DNA of 64,000 bases from Thermococcus sp. JdFR-02 (GTDB lineage Archaea > Methanobacteriota_B > Thermococci > Thermococcales > Thermococcaceae), in NCBI GenBank assembly GCA_002009975.1, contig MTLP01000042.1, positions 32,001 to 96,000 on the forward strand, given 5' to 3'. Position numbers and translations under genes: made by a program. Shown piece after piece: positions 53,466 through 63,313 of this stretch; positions within the stretch are counted from its first letter, which is position 1; every line of letters starts with the position of its first letter. A model generated the notes under the pieces. The model searched no databases. It saw only the letters and a list, made by a program, of their open reading frames with translations, and was not told the origin of the DNA.

Positions 53466-53542
53466 TTTGCATCTCCCCAAATAATTTTTATATGATGGAA
53501 AAATAATAAACCTTAGCATCTTTGCGATAATGGGTGATAACT

Positions 53543-54538
53543 ATGGTAGAAGCAATAAAAGAAGCTGAGATAAAAGAAGTTAAGATCCTTGAAAAGCCCT
53601 GGGTTGAAAAGTATAGACCTAAAGTACTTGATGATATTGTTGGTCAAGACCACATAGTTAGAAGGTTGAAACATTACGCTAGAACAGGAACAATGCCTCA
53701 TTTACTATTTGCGGGACCTCCTGGTGTTGGTAAAACTACTGCAGCCCTTTGTTTGGCGAGAGAACTCTTTGGCGAGCATTGGGGACATAACTTCCTCGAA
53801 TTGAACGCCTCAGATGAGAGAGGCATCAACGTCATTAGAGAGAAAGTTAAAGAATTTGCCAGAACAAAGCCAATTGGAGCAGCGAGCTTTAAGATTATCT
53901 TCTTAGATGAGGCAGACGCTTTAACCCAAGATGCCCAACAAGCATTGAGAAGAACTATGGAAATGTTCTCAAATAACGTCAGATTTATCCTGAGCTGTAA
54001 CTACTCCTCAAAAATCATTGAACCAATACAATCAAGATGTGCAATGTTTAGATTTAGACCACTAAAAGACGAAGACGTTGCAAAGCGTTTGAGATATATA
54101 GCAGAACAAGAAAGATTGGAATTAACAGAAGAAGGATTGCAAGCTCTTCTTTATGTTGCTGAAGGCGATTTGAGGAGAGCAATAAATGTTTTACAAGCTG
54201 CGGCTGCCTTAGATATAGTAATCACAGATGAAAATGTATTTACAGTTGCAAGTAGGGCAAGACCTGAAGATGTAAGAGAGATGATGATCTTGGCTTTAGA
54301 GGGCAACTTCTTAAAGGCAAGGGATAAGCTTAGGGAAATTCTACTTAAGCAAGGACTTAGTGGAGAAGACGTTATAATTCAGATGCACAAAGAAGTGTTT
54401 AATTTGCCAATAAGTGAACCAAAGAAGGTTGCCTTAGCAGATAAGATTGGAGAATACAACTTTAGACTTGTTGAGGGAGCAAATGAGATGATTCAATTGG
54501 AAGCCTTGCTCGCTCAATTTACACTGCTCGGAAAGTGA
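53543..54538 (+). CDS. rfcS: Replication factor C small subunit (intein-free)
   Basis: [30 protein letters not shown] and SRC motifs. Confidence 0.97.
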   Translation: MVEAIKEAEIKEVKILEKPWVEKYRPKVLDDIVGQDHIVRRLKHYARTGTMPHLLFAGPPGVGKTTAALCLARELFGEHWGHNFLELNASDERGINVIREKVKEFARTKPIGAASFKIIFLDEADALTQDAQQALRRTMEMFSNNVRFILSCNYSSKIIEPIQSRCAMFRFRPLKDEDVAKRLRYIAEQERLELTEEGLQALLYVAEGDLRRAINVLQAAAALDIVITDENVFTVASRARPEDVREMMILALEGNFLKARDKLREILLKQGLSGEDVIIQMHKEVFNLPISEPKKVALADKIGEYNFRLVEGANEMIQLEALLAQFTLLGK

Positions 54539-54544
54539 TGATCT

Positions 54545-55999
54545 ATGCTACCATGGACCGAAAAGTATAGACCAAAGAGACTTAGTGAAATTGTAAATCA
54601 AAAACAGGCTTTGATAAAGATAGAAAATTGGATTAAGCAGTGGTCTCATGGAATGCCAAAGAAAAAAGCTTTACTATTAGCTGGTCCTCCAGGTAGTGGG
54701 AAGACTTCCACAGTTTATGCTTTAGCTAACGAGTACAAGTTTGAGGTAATAGAACTTAACGCCAGTGATGAGAGAACTTTTGAAAAGATCAGGCGTTATT
54801 TAGATGCAGCATATACATTGGATGTCTTTGGAAGAAGGAGAAAGCTAATCTTCTTAGATGAAGTTGACAACATGGAGCCAAGTGGAGCTTATGAGATAGC
54901 AAAGCTCATAGGAAAGGCTAGAAATCCAATCATAATGTCAGCGAATAAATATTGGAAAGTTCCGATGGATATTAGAAACAAAGTAGAGATTGTTGAATAT
55001 AAGCGTTTAACTCAAAGGGACATAGAAAGTGCTCTTTGGAGAATTGTGAAAGCTGAAGGTCTTTTTGCTCCTAAGGAGATTATTAAAGAGATAGCTAAAA
55101 GGGCTAATGGGGATTTAAGAGCAGCAATAAATGATCTTCAAAGTGCTGTGGTAAGCATAGAAGATGCTAAGCAAATCTTAGTTTATAGAGACTCGGAGAG
55201 GTCAATATTCCAAGCATTGGGCATGATCTTTGGCAGCGACAATGTGAAAAGGGCAAAGATGGCGCTTATGAACGTTGACAATACACCAGATGAAGTTCTA
55301 TTGTGGATAGAAGAAAATATTCCTTATATGTACTCAACCCCTGAAGAAATTGCTAAAGCTTATGATGCAATTAGTAGAGCAGACATTTATTTGGGAAGGG
55401 CTACAACAACAGGAAACTATGGGTTATGGAAATATGCCATAGATATGATGACGGGTGGAGTTGCTGTTGCTGGAACAAAGAAAAGAGGTTTCCTGAAGTT
55501 TTATCCCCCAAAGACTCTTAGAATGCTTAAAGATACAAAAGAAGAAAGAGGAATCAGGGATTCAATAATTAGAAAGATAATGAAGCAGATGCACATGAGC
55601 AAATTAGAGGCTATTGAAACGATGCAGATATTCAAGTCAATTTTCGAGAACAATTTAGATGCAGCAGCTCATATAGCTGTTTTCTTAGATTTGGGAGATA
55701 AGGAGTTAGAGTTTTTAGCTGGAAAAGAAAAAGCCCCTACAATTAAAGGGAAAATGCTTGCAATTCATAGGAAGCTTAGGAAAGAGGGTATTGAAATCAA
55801 AGCTGAAGTAGAAGAGGTTCCAAAGATTGAAGAGGAAGAAATGGTAGAGGAGGAGCTAAAAGAGAAAGAAAAAGGTGAAGAGGAAATAGAAGAAGCTGAG
55901 GAAGAGGTTAAAGAAAAAGAGAAGGCTAAAGAGGAAAAAGTCGAAGAAAAAGAAAAGAAGCCAAAGCAAGCAACCCTCTTTGACTTTATAAAGAAGTAG
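54545..55999 (+). CDS. rfcL: Replication factor C large subunit
   Basis: [16 protein letters not shown], acidic tail and C-terminal PIP box QATLFDF. Confidence 0.96.
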   Translation: MLPWTEKYRPKRLSEIVNQKQALIKIENWIKQWSHGMPKKKALLLAGPPGSGKTSTVYALANEYKFEVIELNASDERTFEKIRRYLDAAYTLDVFGRRRKLIFLDEVDNMEPSGAYEIAKLIGKARNPIIMSANKYWKVPMDIRNKVEIVEYKRLTQRDIESALWRIVKAEGLFAPKEIIKEIAKRANGDLRAAINDLQSAVVSIEDAKQILVYRDSERSIFQALGMIFGSDNVKRAKMALMNVDNTPDEVLLWIEENIPYMYSTPEEIAKAYDAISRADIYLGRATTTGNYGLWKYAIDMMTGGVAVAGTKKRGFLKFYPPKTLRMLKDTKEERGIRDSIIRKIMKQMHMSKLEAIETMQIFKSIFENNLDAAAHIAVFLDLGDKELEFLAGKEKAPTIKGKMLAIHRKLRKEGIEIKAEVEEVPKIEEEEMVEEELKEKEKGEEEIEEAEEEVKEKEKAKEEKVEEKEKKPKQATLFDFIKK

Positions 56000-56013
56000 C
56001 GCTCTCCTCCTAC

Positions 56014-56028
56014 CGCAAACTTTATATT
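56014..56028 (+). promoter_or_regulatory. BRE/TATA promoter of tRNA-Val
   Basis: CGCAAAC-TTTATATT about 28 nt upstream of the tRNA. Confidence 0.7.
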
Positions 56029-56055
56029 TGATTTACAAGCCTAATACCTTTGGGC

Positions 56056-56132
56056 GGGCCCGTGGTCTAGCTGGTTATGACGCCACCCTTACGAGGTGGA
56101 GGTCCGGGGTTCGAATCCCCGCGGGCCCACCA
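56056..56132 (+). tRNA. tRNA-Val (anticodon UAC), encoded CCA, no intron
   Basis: GGGCCCG/CGGGCCC acceptor stem, CCACC-CTTACGA-GGTGG anticodon arm, TTCGAAT T-loop, ACCA end. Confidence 0.97.
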
Positions 56133-56197
56133 GCTGTTCTGAAAAATTTGCACAACTCTTTTAAAACACTCTTAGATATTGTGTTCGGTGGTGAGAG

Positions 56198-57973
56198 ATG
56201 AGAGTTGCGGTCATAGATTACGATAAATGTAACCCAGATAAGTGCGGTCATTTTTTATGTGCTAGGGTATGTCCCGTTAATAGAATGGGAGGAGAGGCTA
56301 TAATAATTGACGAGGAAAATTACAAGCCAATAATTCAAGAAGCCTCATGCACTGGTTGTGGAATTTGTGTTCATAAATGTCCCTTTAATGCGATAACGAT
56401 TGTGAACCTCCCAGAAGAGCTTGATGAGGATTGTGTTCATAGATATGGTGTAAATGCCTTTGTATTGTATCGCTTGCCTGTTGTTAAGAAGGGAACTGTA
56501 GTGGGTATCTTAGGTCCAAACGGTACAGGTAAGACAACTGCTGTTAGAATATTATCCGGAGAAATCATTCCAAACCTTTGTGGCTTTAATGATAGCTGGG
56601 ATAATGTAATTAAAGCTTTTAGGGGAAACGAACTTCAAAATTACTTTGAGAAGCTTAAGAATAGAGAAATTAAAACTGTTGTAAAGCCCCAATATGTTGA
56701 CTTAATTCCAAAAGCTGTTAAAGGAAAGGTCAGAGATTTGCTTAAGAGGGCAGACCAAAGGGGAATTTTGGATAAGCTGATTAAAGAGCTTGAGCTTGAA
56801 AACGTTTTAGATAGGGAAATACAGCATTTAAGTGGTGGAGAGTTGCAGAGAGTTGCTATAGCTGCTGCAATGGCAAGGGATGCGAGCTTTTACTTCTTTG
56901 ATGAGCCTTCATCCTACTTAGATATCAGACAAAGGCTTAAAGCTGCAAAGGCTATTAGGAGACTAGCTGAAGAGGAAAAAGCCGTCCTTGTAGTAGAACA
57001 CGATCTGGCTGTTTTGGATTACTTAAGCGATATTATTCACGTAGTCTATGGTAAACCCGGCGCTTATGGTATTTTCTCAATGCCAAAGGGAACTAGAGTA
57101 GGTATTAATGTGTTCCTCAATGGTTATCTTCCAGATGAAAATGTTAGATTCAGACCCTATGAGATAAGATTCACAAAGAAAAGCGAAAGAAAAAGCCAAG
57201 TGGGTGAAGTTTTAGTTGAGTATCCAGATTTGGTTAAAGATTATGGAGAGTTTAAGCTTGAAGTAGAAGGTGGGGAGTTGTACAAAGGAGAAGTCGTTGG
57301 AATTGTAGGTCCTAATGGTATCGGTAAGACCACCTTTGTTAAAATGCTTGCAGGAGTAGAAGAGCCAACACAAGGGAAAGTCGAGTGGGAGCTTGAGGTT
57401 AGCTACAAGCCTCAATACATCAAAGCAGATTATGAAGGGACTGTTTTTGAGCTTTTAAGCAAAATAGATGCTGCTAAACTTATGTCAAACTTCTATAAGA
57501 CAGAACTTTTAAACCCCTTAGGGATTCCTGATTTATATGATAGAAAGGTCGAAGAGCTTAGTGGTGGAGAACTGCAAAGGGTAGCAATAACGGCTTGTCT
57601 CTTAAGAGACGCTGACCTCTACTTAATTGATGAGCCATCAGCTTATTTAGATGTAGAACAAAGATTAGCGGTTTCGAGAGCAATTAGACACTTAATGGAG
57701 AAGAACGAAAAGACAGCATTGGTTGTAGAGCACGATGTTTTGATGATTGATTACATAAGTGATCGCTTAATGGTCTTTGAAGGAGAGCCAGGAAAGCATG
57801 GTAGAGCTTTGAAACCAATGGGGATGAGAGAGGGAATGAACCGCTTTTTAGCCAATATTGGAGTTACATTTAGGAGAGACCCAGAAACAGGAAGACCAAG
57901 AGCTAATAAAGAAGGAAGCGTTAAGGATAGGGAGCAAAAGGAAATTGGTGAATACTATTATGTTGAAACTTAA
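56198..57973 (+). CDS. rli1: Ribosome recycling ATPase ABCE1/Rli1
   Basis: N-terminal Fe-S cysteines, twin ABC domains with LSGGELQR, FRRDPETGRPRANK. Confidence 0.96.
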   Translation: MRVAVIDYDKCNPDKCGHFLCARVCPVNRMGGEAIIIDEENYKPIIQEASCTGCGICVHKCPFNAITIVNLPEELDEDCVHRYGVNAFVLYRLPVVKKGTVVGILGPNGTGKTTAVRILSGEIIPNLCGFNDSWDNVIKAFRGNELQNYFEKLKNREIKTVVKPQYVDLIPKAVKGKVRDLLKRADQRGILDKLIKELELENVLDREIQHLSGGELQRVAIAAAMARDASFYFFDEPSSYLDIRQRLKAAKAIRRLAEEEKAVLVVEHDLAVLDYLSDIIHVVYGKPGAYGIFSMPKGTRVGINVFLNGYLPDENVRFRPYEIRFTKKSERKSQVGEVLVEYPDLVKDYGEFKLEVEGGELYKGEVVGIVGPNGIGKTTFVKMLAGVEEPTQGKVEWELEVSYKPQYIKADYEGTVFELLSKIDAAKLMSNFYKTELLNPLGIPDLYDRKVEELSGGELQRVAITACLLRDADLYLIDEPSAYLDVEQRLAVSRAIRHLMEKNEKTALVVEHDVLMIDYISDRLMVFEGEPGKHGRALKPMGMREGMNRFLANIGVTFRRDPETGRPRANKEGSVKDREQKEIGEYYYVET

Positions 57974-58035
57974 TCTCTTTTATTTTTAAGGCAAATCTTA
58001 ATTTACCTTAATGCCATATTTATTTGGGTGATTGC

Positions 58036-58425
58036 ATGAGTGGAGTGCAAATTTTCACTGAAAATGCTCCAAAGCCAATTGGACCTTATAGTCAGGCAAT
58101 ATTGGTTAAGAATCCAAAGAATTTGCTTTTTATAGCTGGACAGATTCCCATTAATCCCAAGACTGGTGAAATAGTTAAAGGAGACATAAAAGAGCAGGCA
58201 AGACAAGCAATTGAGAACCTAGTTGCAATTCTTAGAGAGTCTGGAGCAACCATTGACGATGTTGTTAAGGTGACTGTTTATCTAAAGGATATTAACGATT
58301 TCCAAGCCTTCAATGAAGTTTATTCAGAGTATTTTGGAAAGTCAAAACCGGCAAGGGCTGTTGTAGAAGTCTCAAATTTACCAAAGGGAGTAAAGATCGA
58401 AATAGAAGCAATTGCCGCTTTTTGA
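58036..58425 (+). CDS. ridA: RidA/YjgF enamine deaminase
   Basis: [17 protein letters not shown] and IEIEAIA. Confidence 0.92.
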   Translation: MSGVQIFTENAPKPIGPYSQAILVKNPKNLLFIAGQIPINPKTGEIVKGDIKEQARQAIENLVAILRESGATIDDVVKVTVYLKDINDFQAFNEVYSEYFGKSKPARAVVEVSNLPKGVKIEIEAIAAF

Positions 58426-58501
58426 CTAGTTAATTTAGCTTTTTATTTTTAGCAACATAAATGTTATAATGCACTCTTGATAATTTTCTTTTGTGATTAG
58501 A

Positions 58502-59089
58502 ATGATAAGTCCAGGTGCTATAGTCCTCTTATTTCCCGAAGATTTTGCTAGAGAGAATAAGTCACTTAGGAAAGGCATGAAATATTTTGAATGGCAGAAG
58601 AGATATGATGCTTATGATGTAGCTTATGCTATAGTGGGAATTACCTTAGCCGATCTTATTAGAGAAGGTTATATCGAGCTGAATATCAAAAAAGGCTTTT
58701 TTGGAAAAAAGGTTGTCTTTACAAGAAGAAGGGCGATTCCAAAGGACTATGGCGTTGTCATTAGGGGATTAAACTCCATAGAAATATATAAGGAAACAGA
58801 ACTTAGATCCGCTCTTTTCCTGTCATTTCCAGTTTCAAGATTTCCTGCAGCGGCTCTTGGGGTATACATAATCCAAAAAGAGCTAAAAGGTGAAGATGTG
58901 AAGAAATTAAGGGAAGACCCAGAAATCAAGAGAAGAAAAGATGAGTTAAAGCTAATTTTTGAAAGCTTTAAACAGCAAAATGAAGAGCTTTGGAAAAGGA
59001 TTGTGAAGGAGATAGATAAGGCATTTGATTTAGTTAAAGGAAAAGAAGGGCATGTGCTGTATACACCTCTCGACATGCTGGAAGGATAA
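58502..59089 (+). CDS. Hypothetical protein
   Basis: About 195-aa ORF, coupled to the JAMM gene. Confidence 0.7.
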   Translation: MISPGAIVLLFPEDFARENKSLRKGMKYFEWQKRYDAYDVAYAIVGITLADLIREGYIELNIKKGFFGKKVVFTRRRAIPKDYGVVIRGLNSIEIYKETELRSALFLSFPVSRFPAAALGVYIIQKELKGEDVKKLREDPEIKRRKDELKLIFESFKQQNEELWKRIVKEIDKAFDLVKGKEGHVLYTPLDMLEG

Positions 59090-59091
59090 AG

Positions 59092-59460
59092 ATGAAAGTA
59101 AGGATTAGGAAAGCTCTTCTAGATTATCTGCTCCAATTAGCGAGAGAATTTTATCCAAATGAATTTGGAGGATTTTTAAGAGAAAAGAAGGGCGTTTTCG
59201 AAGAGGTTTTGATAATTCCCAAAGGGTACTTTGGAAAAGGCTCGATTTTCTTTGATACTTGGCTTTTACCTCATGATGAGAGCATAAAGGGGACTGTGCA
59301 TTCACATCCATTACCTAGCTCAAAGCCTTCAAAAGCAGATTTGCACTTTTTCTCAAAATTCGGTGGGGTTCATCTGATACTGTCATATCCATTTAATGAA
59401 AGAAGTGTCAAAGCTTATACAAGCGATGGAAGAGAAATTAAAATAGAAATAGTAGATTAA
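59092..59460 (+). CDS. JAMM/MPN+ (Mov34) metalloprotease
   Basis: PNEF...HSHPLPSSKPSKAD, i.e. E-Xn-HSH-X7-S-X2-D. Confidence 0.9.
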   Translation: MKVRIRKALLDYLLQLAREFYPNEFGGFLREKKGVFEEVLIIPKGYFGKGSIFFDTWLLPHDESIKGTVHSHPLPSSKPSKADLHFFSKFGGVHLILSYPFNERSVKAYTSDGREIKIEIVD

Positions 59461-60287
59461 GGAATTAATTCAACCCAGTTTTCTTTAGCTCCCCTAATTA
59501 TCTTAACGAGTCCCTGCTTTTCAAGTCTTTGGAACATTCTCCATGCAGTTGTTTTTGGAATTCCTAAAGCTTTTCTAACCTCTGCCTGACTTGCCCTTCC
59601 ACCTTTGTTCAATATATACAGCAAAGCCTTTTGCTCTTCTTCATTTAGGTTATACTTCCTCATCTTTTTTAAATAGAGGTCTTTGTTTATTTGACCTGGT
59701 TCACGTTTCTTGGGTTTTCTAATAAATATTAATAATAAACCAGCGATTATAGCTAACCCCACAATTATTCCATAAATAACATTTGTAGGTCTTTCTTCAA
59801 TCCCCATGCTTTTTAAAGTGTATCCTATACTTTGGTTACCCTCTGGCATTGAGAGCGTATTTGCACTTATTGAGAGGGGTATATCACTCAATTCGACGAT
59901 AATGGCATCTTCAGGCAGTATAACACTAAAAGGATATGGAGAGCTTACATTTAACGTCCAAACTAGCCCCTCCTTATTAGTTAAATCGGAAGTATAGTAG
60001 GAGATCTTTATTATTTGGGCGTCTCCAACATAGATTATAATCTCATTTCCATTAACTTCAAAATTGAGGGGATCATCATTTTCATCTACAACAAATAAGT
60101 TTTCATAATCCTTCCCCAGAAGGGGAACTGTTATTTGGGTAACATATTCTTCGGGAATTATTTGATACTCAACCTTAACATAACCATCTCTGTAAACAAT
60201 TAATTCTAAATTTGAAACAGTAAATTCTGCATTAACCCAAGGGAAGACTATTAAGATTAGAGAGATTAAAGCGAGTATCCTTTTCAT
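59457..60287 (-). CDS. Membrane-anchored wHTH regulator with extracellular N-terminal domain
   Basis: Signal peptide, beta-rich ectodomain, single TM, then GGRASQAEVRKALGIPKTTAWRMFQRLEKQGLV HTH. Confidence 0.85.
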   Translation of the reverse strand: MKRILALISLILIVFPWVNAEFTVSNLELIVYRDGYVKVEYQIIPEEYVTQITVPLLGKDYENLFVVDENDDPLNFEVNGNEIIIYVGDAQIIKISYYTSDLTNKEGLVWTLNVSSPYPFSVILPEDAIIVELSDIPLSISANTLSMPEGNQSIGYTLKSMGIEERPTNVIYGIIVGLAIIAGLLLIFIRKPKKREPGQINKDLYLKKMRKYNLNEEEQKALLYILNKGGRASQAEVRKALGIPKTTAWRMFQRLEKQGLVKIIRGAKENWVELIP

Positions 60288-60319
60288 TTAGCCACCTCCA
60301 AAGTAAAAAATAAAGGAAG

Positions 60320-61519
60320 TCAGCTGTGTAGTAAAATAAACTTCTCCACGTTATAGAGCAGCTTTAAGGTTATTGCAAAGTGTGACTTTGCCATAGCAAC
60401 TTTTCCTTCTTTTAGCATTCTGATTCCTATTTGCATTTCTTGAATTGCAGTCCTTAACTCTATTTCCGCTCTTCTTGTGTTAACGCCTCTTTGTCTTAAA
60501 ACTTCCAAAGCCCTTATATCCTTCCTAATTCTTTCTGTTGTTTCTCTTATGAAGACTTTTGCATCCATTTTAATCTTCTGTTCTGTTATTCTTTCACGTA
60601 TTCTTTGTAAACCTTTGAAAAACATGTCAATTTTGATTCTGTTCTCTTTGATGACCTCTAATGCCTCTTCCCATCTTTCCTGATCTGCTAGACTTTTAAC
60701 TTCTTCATAAATTGCTTTCATTTCCTCAAGCTTTGCCTCGGCTTCACTCGTGTCAATACCTTTAAGCTTAGCCTCTTGAATACTTCTTTCTGCAAATTTG
60801 ATTCCATTTTCTGTTCTAATTAGGAAATCCTTTACGATCTTATCCGCGTTCATATAGGCAAGTTGTTCCCTTATCTTTCTCAACTCTTCATCTAAAGCAA
60901 CTTTCTTTTCCTGTGCAATCTCTAAATCCTGTTTAGCCTTTTCAAAATCTTTTGCTTTCAAGTCATCCAAAACGACTTTATATGCTTCCCTAGTTTCATT
61001 ATATAGGTGGGTTATGTTGGATACATCTATACCTTGATTTTCCGCTATTTTAATGGTCCTCTCAACGAATCTGAAGTATTCCACCATTCTGTTAATCATT
61101 CCAAAGATTCTTTCTCTATACTCATTAATCCTTTCCCTTCCCTCTTTTAACTGGATTAATACGAGTTTATAATGGCGCATTGCAGTTAATGCATCAAGAA
61201 TTGAGTTGTAGTAATCACCATTGTTAAACTCTTCAATTGCCTTATCCTTAAGCTCTTCTCCTTTTTCATAATGGAAAAGTATTGTGGAGTTTTCAGGTAG
61301 TTTGTCTCTAATTGGTTCTATTCTTTTAGTTGTAAATTCACTTAGCTTTTCTAAGTGTGAAATTAAGCGTTGAGCAATGACTTCTTCTCTATTTGTGGCA
61401 TTTTCGTCTAATGTAAATTCTGGAACTTCTGTGGTTGTTGTGTTCCCTTCATCTGCAACTGCAAGGGGCACTATACTGCCAATCAACAAAAGCACCAGTG
61501 CCAAAGCACTCCCCTTCAT
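60320..61519 (-). CDS. Secreted alpha-helical/coiled-coil hypothetical protein
   Basis: Signal peptide MKGSALALVLLL...AVA; repeated GIDV/GIDT/GVNT helical modules; several N-glycosylation sequons. Confidence 0.8.
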   Translation of the reverse strand: MKGSALALVLLLIGSIVPLAVADEGNTTTTEVPEFTLDENATNREEVIAQRLISHLEKLSEFTTKRIEPIRDKLPENSTILFHYEKGEELKDKAIEEFNNGDYYNSILDALTAMRHYKLVLIQLKEGRERINEYRERIFGMINRMVEYFRFVERTIKIAENQGIDVSNITHLYNETREAYKVVLDDLKAKDFEKAKQDLEIAQEKKVALDEELRKIREQLAYMNADKIVKDFLIRTENGIKFAERSIQEAKLKGIDTSEAEAKLEEMKAIYEEVKSLADQERWEEALEVIKENRIKIDMFFKGLQRIRERITEQKIKMDAKVFIRETTERIRKDIRALEVLRQRGVNTRRAEIELRTAIQEMQIGIRMLKEGKVAMAKSHFAITLKLLYNVEKFILLHS

Positions 61520-61574
61520 GGGCATCACCAAATATGAATGGAATCTCAACTTATTTTAGGGACTCGATGAAAAG

Positions 61575-61592
61575 AACGTTCCGAAACGTTCC
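61575..61592. promoter_or_regulatory. Direct repeat AACGTTCC x2 (10-bp period), putative operator
   Basis: AACGTTCC-GA-AACGTTCC upstream of the likely TATA of the 61519 gene. Confidence 0.55.
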
Positions 61593-61748
61593 ACTCTGAA
61601 ATTATGCTTATATCTTGAAGTATTTAACTTTTTTGGGCAAAATAGAATTTCCTTTTGTTTCATATTACATTCTCCTCATACTCTGAAAACAACTTGTAAA
61701 GCCCAAACTTAAAAGTGCTATTATGCTCTAATAGAAAAAATGAAATTT

Positions 61749-62504
61749 TTAGGGAATAGCAAAACCAAGTCCCTTCAAAATCATTCTAATTGCAATTAGG
61801 ATGAGTATAGCTGAAAAGCCCATTTTAAGATTATCTGGATGCATATTGTGAGCAATTCTAGCTCCCAAAAAGCCTCCTAATATCAACCCTGGTGCTAGTA
61901 GAATGGCTTTATCAAGATGAACTTGTCCAAGATTGTAATGTCCAATTACTCCAGATAGAGCTGTGAAAAACAAAGCAACACTTGAGGTGCCAATGGCATA
62001 ACGAATTGGGATACCCAATGAATGAAAAAGTGGAACGTTTAAAATCCCACCACTTATTCCTAAAAGCCCAGAAGAGAAGCCGGAAATAATACCAACCACT
62101 GGAACCTTCTTGTAATCCACTTTAACCTTTTTCTTGTTTGAGATTATCCCAGACTTTTTCATCAGTTTGTAGGCAGCACATGCCAAAGCTAAGCCAAATA
62201 TTACGCTTAATTGCTTTGTATTCAGAAATATTGTTAGGTAAGCACCAAAGAATGCAGATGGAATTGAGAAGCTCTCCTTTAGTATCACAACTTTAAATAG
62301 AACATTTTTTCGCTTTAAATGACCATAAGCAGATGCAAAAGAACTCATAACTATACACGCCAAACTAGTTCCAATTGCATCTTGAATAGGCAAGCCCATG
62401 AGAGTTAGGACAGGGACTATCAAAAAACCGCCGCCAATTCCAAACAGGCCAGCAAGCAAGCCTATGAGGAAGCCTATGGAAATGTCAAGGATATACTGAA
62501 GCAT
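61749..62504 (-). CDS. Sulfite exporter TauE/SafE family protein
   Basis: GLFGIGGGFLIVP, AIGTSL and GISGGILNVP. Confidence 0.9.
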   Translation of the reverse strand: MLQYILDISIGFLIGLLAGLFGIGGGFLIVPVLTLMGLPIQDAIGTSLACIVMSSFASAYGHLKRKNVLFKVVILKESFSIPSAFFGAYLTIFLNTKQLSVIFGLALACAAYKLMKKSGIISNKKKVKVDYKKVPVVGIISGFSSGLLGISGGILNVPLFHSLGIPIRYAIGTSSVALFFTALSGVIGHYNLGQVHLDKAILLAPGLILGGFLGARIAHNMHPDNLKMGFSAILILIAIRMILKGLGFAIP

Positions 62505-62536
62505 AGAAAGAGTAAAAGGAAAAATAGTTTTAAAGG

Positions 62537-63301
62537 TTACGGAATCACAATCCCTAACCCTTTTAAAATCATCCTCAATGCCAGCAAAGCCAAAACTACT
62601 GCGAAGGCTCTCTTTAGACTACTTGCTTTTGTTTTCTTCGCTATCCTTGCCCCTAACTGTGCTCCAACCATTAACCCTGGCACTAGAAGGATTAACCACT
62701 GGAACTCAACGTTTCCGAGCAAATAGTGTTTAGCTGCACCACTCATGGCTGTGAAGAATATAGCAAAACTTGAAGTTGCTACTGCATAGTGTATTGGCAA
62801 ACCAAGATGAACTAAGAAAGGAACGTTTATTATTCCCCCACCGACACCGAGCAGACCTGAGGCTATTCCTGCAAAAAAACCACCAATTGGTATTATCTTG
62901 TAATTAAGCTTGACCTCTTCTAATTTAATCTCTTCAGGCTCTCTTGTTCTTCCTCTAAAAATCCTTATGGCAACCAATATTAAAGCGGCACCAAAGATAA
63001 CCTTAAGCTGAGCTGGATTTAAAAACGACGTTAGCCAAGCACCTATGTAAGCACCAAATATAGCGGGAATAGCTAGTAGTATTCCAGCTTTGTAATGAAT
63101 TCTTTTCTGCTTTGAGTAAGCTATTGCTGATGAGAAAGATGTAAAGACTATTGCCGCTGAGGAAGTTCCAACAGCATGGTGAATCTCGACTCCTAAAATG
63201 TTGAGTGTTGGAACTATTAAAAATCCTCCTCCAAGACCAAAGAGGGCAGCTAAAATACCTATAAAGACGCCAACAGCAAAGTAAGAGATGTATTTAAGCA
63301 C
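62537..63301 (-). CDS. Sulfite exporter TauE/SafE family protein (tandem paralog)
   Basis: LFGLGGGFLIVP, AVGTS and GVGGGIINVP. Confidence 0.9.
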   Translation of the reverse strand: MLKYISYFAVGVFIGILAALFGLGGGFLIVPTLNILGVEIHHAVGTSSAAIVFTSFSSAIAYSKQKRIHYKAGILLAIPAIFGAYIGAWLTSFLNPAQLKVIFGAALILVAIRIFRGRTREPEEIKLEEVKLNYKIIPIGGFFAGIASGLLGVGGGIINVPFLVHLGLPIHYAVATSSFAIFFTAMSGAAKHYLLGNVEFQWLILLVPGLMVGAQLGARIAKKTKASSLKRAFAVVLALLALRMILKGLGIVIP

Positions 63302-63313
63302 CTAATCACCTCC

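Noticed and set aside
55795-55965. GAA/GAG-rich repetitive tract
   Set aside because: Encodes the normal acidic E/K tail of RFC-L; not a DNA repeat element
56056-56200. tRNA-Val as an integration (att) site
   Set aside because: No integrase and no duplicated tRNA 3' end seen; flanks are core genes
61564-61599. CGATGA...CCGA...CTGA resembling a box C/D RNA
   Set aside because: Only ~35 nt with no C' box; better explained as the direct-repeat operator
61556-61663. 35-aa minus-strand ORF MKQKEILFCPKK... with a GAGGAG RBS
   Set aside because: No recognisable motif, and it runs through the operator and promoter of the downstream gene; probably spurious
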